Source: Clostridia bacterium | Lineage (GTDB): Bacteria > Bacillota > Clostridia > Monoglobales > Monoglobaceae | Direction: 5' to 3' | Assembly: GCA_045639145.1 (NCBI GenBank) | Contig: JAZUCQ010000007.1 | Span: forward strand, 1-53,170 | DNA length: 53,170 nt | Shown: piece after piece, positions 39,097-48,873 of the stretch | Layout of the letters: each line of letters opens with the position of its first letter | Numbering within the stretch: the stretch's first letter is position 1 | Made by a program: the position numbers and the translations under genes | Notes under the pieces: generated by a model | Told to the model about the DNA's origin: nothing | The model's database searches: none | What the model saw: only the letters and a program-made list of their open reading frames with translations

Positions 39097-39970
39097 CTTT
39101 TGCACCTCGCATCTTAACAAAATTAAGTATCAGGTTTATAATCAGAATGAAGATGAAAAGCACAAGGGCAATAGAGAAAAGAGCTTCTCTTTGAAGTCCC
39201 GATGAATAAGACATTTCGCTCGCTACCGCCGTTGTTAAAAATCTTACGCTTCCGAAAAGCTTCGGCATGTTTGCAACATTGCCCGATACCATCATTACAG
39301 CCATTGCCTCGCCAACGCTTCTGCCTATACCAAGCACAACCGAGGTAAATATACCGCTTTTTGCGGCAGGGACAACCACCTTGAAAACGGTTTCGGTTTT
39401 TGTTGCACCGAGTGCTAAAGATGCTTCTTCATATTCTTTCGGCACGGCACTTATTGCAGTTTCCGAAACACTGATAACTGACGGAAGTATCATAACTGCA
39501 AGCACTATAATTGCCGAAAACAGATTTGCACCGTCAGGAAGATTAAAAGCTTGACGCACAAAGGGCACTACGATAATCATACCGACAAGGCCGTAAACAA
39601 CCGACGGTATTCCTGCAAGTAAGTCTACCGATGTGCGAACCGTCTCCGCAATTTTCTTTGGTGCCATCTTTGCAACAAAAATCGCACACATAATTCCGAT
39701 GGGAACACCTATTATAATGCTTCCGAATGTGCCATAAACCGAGCTTAAAATAAACGGCAATATTCCGTATGCCGCATTGTCTGCCGTCGATGCCCAGACA
39801 CGACCAAAAAGGAAATCAGTCAGACCGATTTCCTTTATAGCCGGAGCACCGCTTGCCACTAAAAAGCAGGTTATTATAGCTACACCCAAAACAGCAGTAA
39901 TTCCGCATACGGAAAATATTAAATTCATTGTTCTTTCAAGTATCTTTGCTGTTTTTTTAAGTCCTGACAT
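39089..39970 (-). CDS. pstC: Phosphate ABC transporter permease PstC
   Basis: It is a polytopic permease (EASLALGATK) and takes the position after pstS. Confidence 0.9.
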   Translation of the reverse strand: MSGLKKTAKILERTMNLIFSVCGITAVLGVAIITCFLVASGAPAIKEIGLTDFLFGRVWASTADNAAYGILPFILSSVYGTFGSIIIGVPIGIMCAIFVAKMAPKKIAETVRTSVDLLAGIPSVVYGLVGMIIVVPFVRQAFNLPDGANLFSAIIVLAVMILPSVISVSETAISAVPKEYEEASLALGATKTETVFKVVVPAAKSGIFTSVVLGIGRSVGEAMAVMMVSGNVANMPKLFGSVRFLTTAVASEMSYSSGLQREALFSIALVLFIFILIINLILNFVKMRGAKDE

Positions 39971-39985
39971 ATTTTTCTCCTTGTA

Positions 39986-40795
39986 TTAATGCACTGTGGG
40001 TACTGCCCCTGCCTTGATGATAAATTCATCAGCAGCTTCGCTTGTCGCAAAGTCAAAGAAGTTCTGTGCAGCCTCTGAGAGAGCAGCGTCTTTTTTAGTT
40101 ACAAGGACAAAGTTTCTCTGCACTTTATATTCACCCGACTGGATTGTTTCTGTAGTGGGTTTTACACCCTCAACCGTAACAACATTTACAGTATCCTTTA
40201 CCGAGGCAACAGAAGCATATCCGATTGCGTTGGGATTTCCTGCAACTGTCTGAACAACATCACCCGTTGATGTAAGCTCCTGGGTATACTTGCACTTATC
40301 TTCGGTATCTGTTACCGCTTCAAAACCGTCTCTTGTACCTGACGCCGCTTCTCTGCCTATGCAAACGATAGGTGCATCAGCTCCGCCGACCTCGTTCCAG
40401 TTTGCTATCTCGCCTGTGTAAATCTTTGCAATCTGCTCAACCGTTAAATCTGCTACATCATTTTCTTTGCTTACAATAACTGCGATACCGTCATGTGCTA
40501 CAACCGTTCCCGTAAGGGTTGCTTTTTCTTCGTCTTTCAAATTACGGGAGGAAAGACCAATGTCACATCTGCCCTCTGACACCGCCTGTATTCCGGCACC
40601 CGAGCCTGTAGGGTTGTATGTAACCTTAACATCAGTATTTTCTTCCATATAAACCTCAGAAAGATATCCTATAACCTTTTCCATTGATGTAGAGCCGTCT
40701 GTCGCAACTGTCTGCTGCCCGTCTCCGCCACCGCAGCCTGTTAACACTCCTGCACCTATTACCAAAACCAATGCTAATACTGCGATTTTCTTCAT
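39986..40795 (-). CDS. pstS: Phosphate-binding lipoprotein PstS
   Basis: It has a lipobox LTGCGG and PBP-like motifs (GSGAG, SSR, GTRD). Confidence 0.92.
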   Translation of the reverse strand: MKKIAVLALVLVIGAGVLTGCGGGDGQQTVATDGSTSMEKVIGYLSEVYMEENTDVKVTYNPTGSGAGIQAVSEGRCDIGLSSRNLKDEEKATLTGTVVAHDGIAVIVSKENDVADLTVEQIAKIYTGEIANWNEVGGADAPIVCIGREAASGTRDGFEAVTDTEDKCKYTQELTSTGDVVQTVAGNPNAIGYASVASVKDTVNVVTVEGVKPTTETIQSGEYKVQRNFVLVTKKDAALSEAAQNFFDFATSEAADEFIIKAGAVPTVH

Positions 40796-40854
40796 CAAAA
40801 TCACTCTCCTTAAAATTATTTCTCTTTTTAACGATAACAGTTTATCACAGACAA

Positions 40855-40894
40855 TGTTAATTCCAAAAGCAAAGGTATGTTAATTGTAAGTTAA
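40855..40894 (-). promoter_or_regulatory. Pho-box array upstream of pstS
   Basis: On the minus strand: TTAACT-5-TTAACA-5-TTGCTT-6-TTAACA. These are direct hexamer repeats at about 11-bp periodicity, as in Firmicute PhoP boxes (TT(A/T/C)ACA). Confidence 0.6.
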
Positions 40895-40930
40895 GACTTA
40901 TTATTTCTTGTATGCAACAAAATATGCAAT

Positions 40931-40957
40931 AAAAAACGGCATAGAAAATCTATGCCG
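40931..40957 (-). terminator. Orphan minus-strand intrinsic terminator
   Basis: CGGCATAG-ATTTT-CTATGCCG followed by TTTTTT when read on the minus strand. No minus-strand gene lies directly upstream of it. Confidence 0.5.
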
Positions 40958-40989
40958 CAATACTACGGAGTTTTATTGTTTTTCTTCCG

Positions 40990-41018
40990 TTGACACATAT
41001 TGTAAAATATGATATAAT
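40990..41018 (+). promoter_or_regulatory. Consensus sigma-A promoter of small-ORF unit 1
   Basis: TTGACA, a 17-nt spacer, then TATAAT. Confidence 0.7.
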
Positions 41019-41025
41019 AATTAAT

Positions 41026-41219
41026 GTCACATAAATTTTCTTTTTTTACATATTAATAAAATCAGCACTATTTTTACCCACGGTAAAAATACAGGCTCTA
41101 TTCTTATGTGCTGATATTACGGTATGTAAAGAAAAATTTGTGTGACAACAATTCCGGAGCTATGTATTTTTCGGTGCGTAGCTTTGGCTGCGCACTTTTT
41201 TATTATGAGGAGAGATTTT
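41026..41219 (+). promoter_or_regulatory. Structured 5' leader of about 195 nt ending in an intrinsic terminator (41174-41202) just before the RBS. It is a candidate attenuator or riboswitch of unknown class.
   Basis: A long outer stem pairs 41026-41052 with 41113-41136. An inner stem is ATCAGCAC/GTGCTGAT. The terminator is GTGCGTAGC-TTTG-GCTGCGCAC plus T6. The RBS GAGGAG follows. Confidence 0.5.
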
Positions 41220-41393
41220 ATGCCTGATTACCAAAAACTGTATTGCAAACTGTTTAACGCTATTACCGACACCATAGAAGATTTAAAAAACATTCAAATT
41301 GAGGCGGAGGAAGAATATATAAACTCCTGCGAAGACGAGTCAACGGATGGAATAGTCAAATTAGCAACAAAAAAATCGTCGCATCACGATTGA
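41220..41393 (+). CDS. 57-aa helical protein of unknown function (MPDYQKLYCKLFNAITDTIEDLKNIQIEAEEEYINSCE...)
   Basis: RBS GAGGAGAG lies upstream. The paralog at 51515-51691 differs mostly by synonymous changes. Confidence 0.7.
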   Translation: MPDYQKLYCKLFNAITDTIEDLKNIQIEAEEEYINSCEDESTDGIVKLATKKSSHHD

Positions 41394-41406
41394 TGCGACG
41401 ATTTTT
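41371..41406. terminator. Bidirectional terminator between the small ORF and rpiB
   Basis: ATCGTCGCATCA-CGAT-TGATGCGACGAT with A and T runs on the two sides. Confidence 0.75.
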
Positions 41407-41407
41407 A

Positions 41408-41845
41408 TTATCCCTCTATATTCATAATCTTTGCAACGCGGTTGGCGTGTCTGCCGCCGAGATGCTCCTCTTTAAGATATGCCGCAACAATTTCGAGTGC
41501 AAGGTCGGGGCCTGTTATTCTCTCGCCCAGACAGATTATATGTGCGTCATTATGCTGTTTTGCCATTTTGGCACTATATGTATCCGTAACATGTGCCGCA
41601 CGAATTCCGTCTACCTTGTTTGCGGCAATGCTCATGCCTATACCCGTACCGCAAATTAAAATTCCGCAGTCAAAATCCTCGTCTCTTACCGCTTCGGCAA
41701 CAACCTTTGCTATATCAGGGTAGTCAGCCGCCTCACCCGAATTTATTCCGAAGTCAACATATGTATGTCCTGCACCCGTTAAAAATTCCTCAATATATGC
41801 CTTATGATTTACGCCGCCGTGGTCGCTGCCGATTGCTATTTTCAT
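41408..41845 (-). CDS. rpiB: Ribose-5-phosphate isomerase B
   Basis: 145 aa starting MKIAIGSDHGG, with GILICGTGIGMSIAANK. Confidence 0.93.
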   Translation of the reverse strand: MKIAIGSDHGGVNHKAYIEEFLTGAGHTYVDFGINSGEAADYPDIAKVVAEAVRDEDFDCGILICGTGIGMSIAANKVDGIRAAHVTDTYSAKMAKQHNDAHIICLGERITGPDLALEIVAAYLKEEHLGGRHANRVAKIMNIEG

Positions 41846-42011
41846 TTTTATTCGCCCCTTGTCTTCAATTATATTACTAATATAGCAGATAATTGGTCAA
41901 AATGCAATGCTATTGCTTTAAAATTTTGCTAAAATTACAGTTGTATTTGAGCATATTTAATAGTATAATAATACATATAGCTACTCAATATACAATACAA
42001 GGAGGATAATC

Positions 42012-43727
42012 ATGGATTACAGACAGGAATACGAAAGATGGCTCAAGTGTGCAGACGAAGCAACCGTTGCAGAGCTAAACAGCATTGCCGATGATGAGAA
42101 TGAAATCAAAGAACGGTTTTACAGAACACTTGAATTCGGAACAGCAGGTCTCAGAGGCGTGATAGGTGCAGGCCCCAACCGTATGAACTCATATGTTGTG
42201 GGACAAGCAACACAGGGTCTTGCAAACCAGCTTATCAAGACAAATCAGGGCGAAATCAGCGTTGCCATTGCTTATGACAGCCGTATTAAATCTGACGAAT
42301 TTGCAAAAACAGCGGCGGCTATTCTTGCTGCAAACGGAATAAAGGTTTATCTTTTTGATGAATTAAAGCCCGTTCCTGAGCTTTCATTCACAATTCGCCA
42401 CAAAAACACAACAGCAGGAATTGTAATTACAGCAAGTCACAATCCTGCAAAATACAACGGCTACAAGGTTTACGGAGCAGACGGCGCACAGCTCAATCCC
42501 GAGCTTGCATCTATCGTTCTTGAGGAGATAGACAAGACCGACATGTTTACAGGTGTTAAAACCTGCAACTTTGACGAAGCGGTTGCAAGCGGCAAAATTG
42601 TAATGATAGGCGATGAGGTTGAGGATGCATACCTTGACCATGTTCAGGCTCAGTGCATCAATCCCGAGCTTGTACGCGAAAAGGGTGATACACTCAAATT
42701 TGTTTATACTCCGTTCCACGGTTCGGGAAACAAACCCGTCCGCAAGATACTTAAGAGAATTGGTTTTAACGATGTAGTGGTTGTAAAAGAGCAGGAGATG
42801 CCCGACGGCAACTTCCCGACTGTTGCATCTCCCAACCCTGAGAACAAAGAGGGCTTTGAGCTTGCAATCGGCTATGCAAAGGAATGCGGAGCGGATTTGA
42901 TTATTGGTACCGACCCCGATGCTGACCGCGTAGGTATAATCGTTAAAGACAAAAACGGGGAATACAACACCTTTACAGGTAATCAGGTTGGTGCGCTCCT
43001 TTCGGAATACATTCTCTCCAGCCTTAAAGAGAGAGGCGAGTTGCCAAGCGACGGATATATTGTCAAGACAATCGTTACCACCAATCTTATCGCCGCAATC
43101 TGTGACGCATACAATGTTGAGATGAAAGAAGTTTTAACAGGCTTTAAGTTCATAGGCGAAAAGATAAAAGAGTCTGAAGAAACAGGAATTGGCACATATT
43201 TATTCGGTTTTGAAGAGAGCTACGGTTATCTCAAGGGCACATACGCAAGAGACAAGGACGCCGTTGTTGCAACAATGCTTATTGCGGAAATGACCCTGTA
43301 TTACAGAGAAAAGGGCAGTTCGCTTGCAGAACAGATGGAGAACATCTATAACAAATACGGCTACTACCTTGAATATGTCGAGTCGGTTGTTATGGAGGGC
43401 ATGGACGGTGCTGCAAAGATTTCAGGCATAATGGATAATCTCCGTCAGAATACCCCCGAAACTGTTGGAGGCAAAAAGGTTTCTGCTGTCCGCGATTATC
43501 TTACATCTGTGCGCACAGACAAGGTAAGCGGCACAACAGAGGAAATTCTTCTCCCAACATCCAATGTTCTTTATCTTGAGCTTGAGGACGGAAGCAACTT
43601 CGTTATCCGTCCGTCGGGAACAGAGCCTAAAATTAAACTCTACTGCCTGCTCAGAGGCGAAACTACTGAGGCAGTCAATGCACTTGCAGACGCAGTACGC
43701 GAGGATATTGCAAACATTGTAAAATAA
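42012..43727 (+). CDS. Phosphoglucomutase/phosphomannomutase family phosphosugar mutase
   Basis: 571 aa with the active-site TASHNPAKYNGYKVY, the Mg loop DPDADR and the sugar loop GFEESYG. Confidence 0.9.
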   Translation: MDYRQEYERWLKCADEATVAELNSIADDENEIKERFYRTLEFGTAGLRGVIGAGPNRMNSYVVGQATQGLANQLIKTNQGEISVAIAYDSRIKSDEFAKTAAAILAANGIKVYLFDELKPVPELSFTIRHKNTTAGIVITASHNPAKYNGYKVYGADGAQLNPELASIVLEEIDKTDMFTGVKTCNFDEAVASGKIVMIGDEVEDAYLDHVQAQCINPELVREKGDTLKFVYTPFHGSGNKPVRKILKRIGFNDVVVVKEQEMPDGNFPTVASPNPENKEGFELAIGYAKECGADLIIGTDPDADRVGIIVKDKNGEYNTFTGNQVGALLSEYILSSLKERGELPSDGYIVKTIVTTNLIAAICDAYNVEMKEVLTGFKFIGEKIKESEETGIGTYLFGFEESYGYLKGTYARDKDAVVATMLIAEMTLYYREKGSSLAEQMENIYNKYGYYLEYVESVVMEGMDGAAKISGIMDNLRQNTPETVGGKKVSAVRDYLTSVRTDKVSGTTEEILLPTSNVLYLELEDGSNFVIRPSGTEPKIKLYCLLRGETTEAVNALADAVREDIANIVK

Positions 43728-43733
43728 TTTATA

Positions 43734-43767
43734 TCTCAGCCGCATACTGCGGCTGAGAAAATTTTTT
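43734..43767 (+). terminator. Rho-independent terminator
   Basis: TCTCAGCCGC-ATACT-GCGGCTGAGA followed by AAATTTTTT. Confidence 0.75.
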
Positions 43768-43786
43768 AATTTATAAGAGGTAAAAT

Positions 43787-44551
43787 ATGCTTTTTGATAC
43801 ACTTGCTCATTTTGATGATGAGCAGTTTGACAAGGACCGTGATGAGGTTTTAAAAAGTCTTACCGATTTTGGAGTTTCTAATATAGTAAATATCGGAGCC
43901 GACATAAAAGGCTCCGAAGACTCGGTGAAGCTTGCAGAAAAATATCTGTTTGTTTATGCAACCGTCGGAGTTCACCCGAGCGAAACTGCCGATATGACAC
44001 AAGGTGACATCGACAAACTGAGGGAGCTTGCCGCACACCCAAAGGTTCGTGCAATAGGCGAAATTGGTCTTGATTATCATTATGATGACAATGCTCCGCC
44101 CGAGTTACAAAAATATTGGTTCAGGGAACAGTTAAAGCTCGCAGGCGAGCTTGCGATGCCCGTTGTTATTCATGACAGAGAATCAAAGGGCGAATGTCTT
44201 GAAATTCTCAGAGAAATGAATATTTCAAACGGTGTTGTTCATTGCTTTTCGGGCAGCGCCGAGACGGCAAAGGAAATATTAAAGCTTGGCATGATGATAT
44301 CCTTCACGGGGGTTATTACCTTTAAAAATGCAAAGAAAGCTGTTGAGGCTTGTAAGGCAATTCCTATAGAGCGGCTTATGATAGAAACAGACTGCCCATA
44401 CATGGCGCCCGAGCCGCATCGCGGGGAGAGAAACTTCAGCGGTTATGTAGAATTTGTCGCTCGCAGGATTGCAGAAATAAAAGGCATGACATACGAAGAT
44501 GTAGCAAGGATAACAACAGAAAATGCAAAGCGGTTTTACGGAATTGTATAA
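43787..44551 (+). CDS. tatD: TatD-family metal-dependent hydrolase/DNase
   Basis: 254 aa with the AIGEIGLDYH, VIHDRE, HCFSG and ETDCPY motifs. Confidence 0.9.
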   Translation: MLFDTLAHFDDEQFDKDRDEVLKSLTDFGVSNIVNIGADIKGSEDSVKLAEKYLFVYATVGVHPSETADMTQGDIDKLRELAAHPKVRAIGEIGLDYHYDDNAPPELQKYWFREQLKLAGELAMPVVIHDRESKGECLEILREMNISNGVVHCFSGSAETAKEILKLGMMISFTGVITFKNAKKAVEACKAIPIERLMIETDCPYMAPEPHRGERNFSGYVEFVARRIAEIKGMTYEDVARITTENAKRFYGIV

Positions 44552-44585
44552 AAAAAGAAGTGATGGCACGCCATCACTTCTTTTA
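44551..44585. terminator. Bidirectional terminator
   Basis: GAAGTGATGG-CACG-CCATCACTTC flanked by an A-run and a T-run. Confidence 0.8.
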
Positions 44586-44594
44586 ATTTACATC

Positions 44595-47423
44595 TTATAC
44601 CGGAAGAATGTAGATAAGTTTAACTTCGCCCTTCTCTAAGAACATAAGAATTTTGCTTGGGTTATCACTCTCAGATGCGGGAGTTAAACCTTCGATTGCA
44701 GATGTAATATCTGTCTCTTCCTTAACTGAATCTTCGAGGTCGCCCTCTACATATACCAAGATTTTTGCAGAAGAGAAATCACCTTCGTCAAAAGGCAATC
44801 CGCAAACAGTTATTGAACCGTCAGCTCTGGTTTCAACCTCGCCTATGATGGTTGCACACTCCTCGTCGTAGAGCGCCGCGATGCCATCCTCTATTTCAAC
44901 ACCATTTTCGTCTCTTACTCCATCAAAGTCAGTGCTTCCGTCAACATCGAATATCAACTGTTCTTCTATAACCTTTGCATATCCGTCACTGTCATATGCT
45001 ACTCTGAATACATCACCGATTTCAAGACCCTTAGCTATTGAGTCTGACTCGTTTGAAATCCACGGAGACTCAATAGAAATTCCGTCTATTGATACTTCGT
45101 AAGCATTTTCAAGCTTAATCATCTCATCGCCGTCATTATCAGCCCAAGTAATATCCGAGGTCATAACATAGATAGGTGATGAATAATCAATAGCGCCTGC
45201 GGTCTGTGCTGCCTTGTGGACAACGATAACCTTGGGACTGTTATTGTTTGCATCGAATACTTCAACTATATATTCACTGTTATTCTTGAGTGAGCTTCTT
45301 GCGGTACTCTTTTTAAAGTCATCATAATCTGTTCTGACCTCGGGAACCGAGAAGAGAATTGAACTTGCAACCTTCAATGTCTTGCCCTCACCGCTGAGTG
45401 TAGTTGAACTACTGTTATATTTCATAGTATACTCAACAGAATCAAGGTAGCCTAAGAAGTCCGTCTCAACCTTTTCTGTTCCATCTGCATCCTCTGCAGT
45501 TATAATCTCGTCAAATACTAAAACACCGTCATAAGTGGTTGTTGTATACTTTATAAGCTGCTGCATATCAGCCTTTGTGGTGTTTGCACCATCTTTGTAC
45601 TGCTTCTCTCCGCTTGCAAGAAGAGCGGTCTCAATCGCATCTGCAGTTGAGCACTTTTCGCCGTTAATTCTTGTATTTTTGTAGGTGCCAATTTGAACAG
45701 GTGTACTTGATGAATCGGTAAGCACTCTGAACTTTGCCTCTGCATCTATTTTTGAAGAACCGATAAGATAATCTATGATATATCCGTATTTTACATTAAC
45801 GCCCGACTCGCTCTTGGTGTACGCTACGATATCACCGTTTATATCAAGGCAGTATGAACCCGAATCCTGAACCTCAGGCTCTTCCATCTCTCCGCCGTTT
45901 AACCACGGAGCAACGGGTGAATACTTATAAACCTTGCCCGATATGGTAATTGTATCATTTCCCTTTGCAGAAACCGTACCCGTAGCCTTTGTTGTAACTA
46001 CAACTGCCTTGCGGAGAGGGTTGCTGCCCATACTCTCTGCAACACAGATGATGTTTCCTGTTGCAATAGAAGAGAACGAAACAGTTGAACCCGTACTGTT
46101 TACGATTGACAAATTCTTGTCTGCATCTATGTTTAGAGTAATCTTGTTACCCTCTGCACCGTGAACAAGAACATTATCTGTTACTGTATAGTCTGTGCTT
46201 GACTTAGCCGAAACATAGTATACTGTGTAGCTATCAATGATAATTACATCATACTTACCGTTGTTATCCGAGTCGATAAGCTTAAGCGAACCAACAGAGG
46301 GAATATCGTCATTATCTATAACATCTGCAAAGCTACTGTCATCTTCGTCTGTGCCGTAGAGCTTGCCGTTGTAGATAACAGATGTTTTTGTCTCAAGTCT
46401 TGCGGCAGTTGACTTAACTGCATCAGCACTTGCATAATATCTTATTTCTGAATCAGAGCACTCCGAAACCTCAATATCAGCCGCATTTATTTCAAGCGGA
46501 GTCGCATCATTTACAACTGCAAACATAAGGGTTCTGATACCTGAACCGTCATCTGTGTAGTAAAAATCTATTCCGTAGCCAAGCTTGTCTCTAAGTGTTG
46601 TGTCTGTGGTACTGTAAGTATGGGTAGACTCAGAGCTTGCATTCGGCTCCTTTGCGGTAATATAAAGCTCGTTATCGCGAAGCTTTATGTCACGCTGAGT
46701 AAAGCTTGTTATTCCGTTTGAAGAAATAACGCCCGTGCTCTTTATGTATCCGAGATACTCGCTGAGTATGGTGCCTGTTGTCTTAACACCGTTTTCAACA
46801 AGCTCAATCTCAAGTGCATCAAAGAGAAGCTGCGCAATGCATGCACGGCTTGCAGGAGTTGTAACTGCACCAAGGTCATCTGCATTCTTGGTAAGTCCAA
46901 TCTGTGCTGCTATTGCAACAAAGTTTGCATACCAAGGCTCAAGGTCAACGCTGACACCTGCACCGTAACCGAGTGTGCAAACAATCATCTTTATAGCCTC
47001 TTCATAAGCAACATTTGCATTGGGTCTGAAGGTAGCATCCTCATAACCGTTGATTATACCCATTCCGTATGCAGTGTTGATGTTGGGGATTGCCCAGTTT
47101 ATGCTTGTATCGTTATCGTCAACATCAGTAAAGGGAAGTCCCGAAGCACTCGCACTTCCTATCGAGCCGTAATTCAATGTTCTCATAAGCATAGCAGTAA
47201 ACTCTGCTCTTGTAACATTCTGCTCAGGCTTGAATGTTCCGTCCTCATAGCCGTTAATTATACCCATAAGATTAAGAGTGGAAACAGCTTCCGAATAAAG
47301 CTTGTCCGATGTTACATCGGAAAACTTTGTTGTACCCTCCGTCGCAAAAGCGGTCGGCACGAGGCATGTCGCCAGCATCATAACCGCCATTGCACCACAC
47401 AATAACTTTCTCATAATTTTCAT
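44595..47423 (-). CDS. Large SLH-domain cell-surface protein, a candidate S-layer protein
   Basis: It has a signal peptide and three N-terminal SLH repeats (e.g. FSDV...GIINGYEDGTFKP...VTRAEF), followed by about 750 aa of beta-rich sequence. The start is the ATG at 47423 after GGAGG. Confidence 0.8.
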   Translation of the reverse strand: MKIMRKLLCGAMAVMMLATCLVPTAFATEGTTKFSDVTSDKLYSEAVSTLNLMGIINGYEDGTFKPEQNVTRAEFTAMLMRTLNYGSIGSASASGLPFTDVDDNDTSINWAIPNINTAYGMGIINGYEDATFRPNANVAYEEAIKMIVCTLGYGAGVSVDLEPWYANFVAIAAQIGLTKNADDLGAVTTPASRACIAQLLFDALEIELVENGVKTTGTILSEYLGYIKSTGVISSNGITSFTQRDIKLRDNELYITAKEPNASSESTHTYSTTDTTLRDKLGYGIDFYYTDDGSGIRTLMFAVVNDATPLEINAADIEVSECSDSEIRYYASADAVKSTAARLETKTSVIYNGKLYGTDEDDSSFADVIDNDDIPSVGSLKLIDSDNNGKYDVIIIDSYTVYYVSAKSSTDYTVTDNVLVHGAEGNKITLNIDADKNLSIVNSTGSTVSFSSIATGNIICVAESMGSNPLRKAVVVTTKATGTVSAKGNDTITISGKVYKYSPVAPWLNGGEMEEPEVQDSGSYCLDINGDIVAYTKSESGVNVKYGYIIDYLIGSSKIDAEAKFRVLTDSSSTPVQIGTYKNTRINGEKCSTADAIETALLASGEKQYKDGANTTKADMQQLIKYTTTTYDGVLVFDEIITAEDADGTEKVETDFLGYLDSVEYTMKYNSSSTTLSGEGKTLKVASSILFSVPEVRTDYDDFKKSTARSSLKNNSEYIVEVFDANNNSPKVIVVHKAAQTAGAIDYSSPIYVMTSDITWADNDGDEMIKLENAYEVSIDGISIESPWISNESDSIAKGLEIGDVFRVAYDSDGYAKVIEEQLIFDVDGSTDFDGVRDENGVEIEDGIAALYDEECATIIGEVETRADGSITVCGLPFDEGDFSSAKILVYVEGDLEDSVKEETDITSAIEGLTPASESDNPSKILMFLEKGEVKLIYILPV

Positions 47424-47488
47424 AGTCCTATCCTCCATATAAAAACTTTAAATATTAACTCCCATGTTGGTATAACAATACCACCTTG

Positions 47489-47517
47489 ATTGTATCATTT
47501 ATGACTCTAAAAGTCAA
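47489..47517 (-). promoter_or_regulatory. Promoter of the SLH surface-protein gene
   Basis: On the minus strand: TTGACT, a 17-nt spacer, then TACAAT. A 5'-UTR of about 65 nt carrying a small hairpin follows. Confidence 0.6.
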
Positions 47518-47571
47518 TACTCACCCCCTTGTAAAACTCTTACATTTATGTTACGAATTTCTTTCACTTAC

Positions 47572-48810
47572 TTATTTATCGCGCTTTTTCCTCATAAAAG
47601 AATCTTTTATAGCTTTTTTTTCAGTTTTTATACATGCTATGCTCTGAGGGCGGTTTGCTACCTCAAGCTCATTTCCGTCCTCGTCTGTCATATATTCTAT
47701 CTTTTGTGTAAAGAATGTCCCGTCAGGGCAGAGGAACTCAACCTCGTCACCCTTGAAAAACCTGTTTTTCTGTATAACCTTTGCTATTGACTTTTCCTCA
47801 TCAAAGCTTTCCACAAAGCCAACCATATCATATTCGCGGATATATGAACTGCTCGCATAGTGCTGTTCCGTACCGCCCGGCTTTCCAAAATAAAATCCTG
47901 TTGTATAATCGCGGTGGCTCACCTTTTTAAGCTCTTCCATCCACGCAGGGTCAAAACTCCAACCGCTCGGATTTTCCATATAACTGTCAATCGCTCTTCG
48001 GTATGCCGCAACAATCGTTGCCACATAAAACTCCGACTTGACTCTGCCCTCTATTTTGAGGCTGGAAAGTCCTGACTCTACAAGCTTGTCTATATGCTCA
48101 ATCATGCAAAGGTCTTTTGAATTATAGATAAATGTACCTCTCTCATTTTCATATACAGGCATATACTCACCCGGGCGTTGTTCCTCCATCAAATAATATT
48201 TCCAGCGGCAAGGATGCGCACATGCTCCACCATTTCCGTCACGGCCTGCCATGTAGTTACTGAGTAAGCATCTTCCCGAATACGATATACACATTGCCCC
48301 GTGAACAAAAGCCTCCAGTTCAAGCTCCGCATCGCATCTTCTGCGAATTTCACTGATTTCGTCAAATGACATCTCTCGTGCAAGAATTACTCGCTTTGCT
48401 CCCATTTTATGCCACATTGCCGCACTTTTGTAATTTACATTATTCGCCTGTGTGCTGATATGAATATCCAACTCGGGCGCAACCTCTTTTGTGACAGAAA
48501 ACATTCCGAGGTCTGACAAAATCACAGCATCAAGCCCAATGTCCTTTACCTCTTCAAGATACTTTGCATACTCGTCAATATCATTATTGTGCGGAATAAC
48601 ATTTGCCGTCAGGTAAACCTTTTTGCCCTTGCTTTTGGCAAATTCAACGCCTTGCTTCATTTCATCAAGAGTAAAGTTGTCCGCCGCAACACGGAGCGAA
48701 AATTCCTCTCCGCCTATATAAACAGCGTCCGCTCCGTAGGTTATCGCTATTTTAAGCTTTTCAAGATTTCCCGCAGGAGCGAGCAGCTCAGGCGCATTTA
48801 TTATGTCCAT
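47572..48810 (-). CDS. U32-family peptidase-like protein (the family includes RNA hydroxylation factors RlhA/TrhP)
   Basis: It has the typical N-terminus ELLAPAGN...A...GADAVY and the E..HGA.C.SYSGRC motif. The start is the ATG at 48810 after GAAAGGAAGG. Confidence 0.85.
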   Translation of the reverse strand: MDIINAPELLAPAGNLEKLKIAITYGADAVYIGGEEFSLRVAADNFTLDEMKQGVEFAKSKGKKVYLTANVIPHNNDIDEYAKYLEEVKDIGLDAVILSDLGMFSVTKEVAPELDIHISTQANNVNYKSAAMWHKMGAKRVILAREMSFDEISEIRRRCDAELELEAFVHGAMCISYSGRCLLSNYMAGRDGNGGACAHPCRWKYYLMEEQRPGEYMPVYENERGTFIYNSKDLCMIEHIDKLVESGLSSLKIEGRVKSEFYVATIVAAYRRAIDSYMENPSGWSFDPAWMEELKKVSHRDYTTGFYFGKPGGTEQHYASSSYIREYDMVGFVESFDEEKSIAKVIQKNRFFKGDEVEFLCPDGTFFTQKIEYMTDEDGNELEVANRPQSIACIKTEKKAIKDSFMRKKRDK

Positions 48811-48873
48811 GCCTATCCTTCCTTTCAAAAACAATACCGACGGCACAAATGTGTCGTCGGTATCTTGTGTCAT

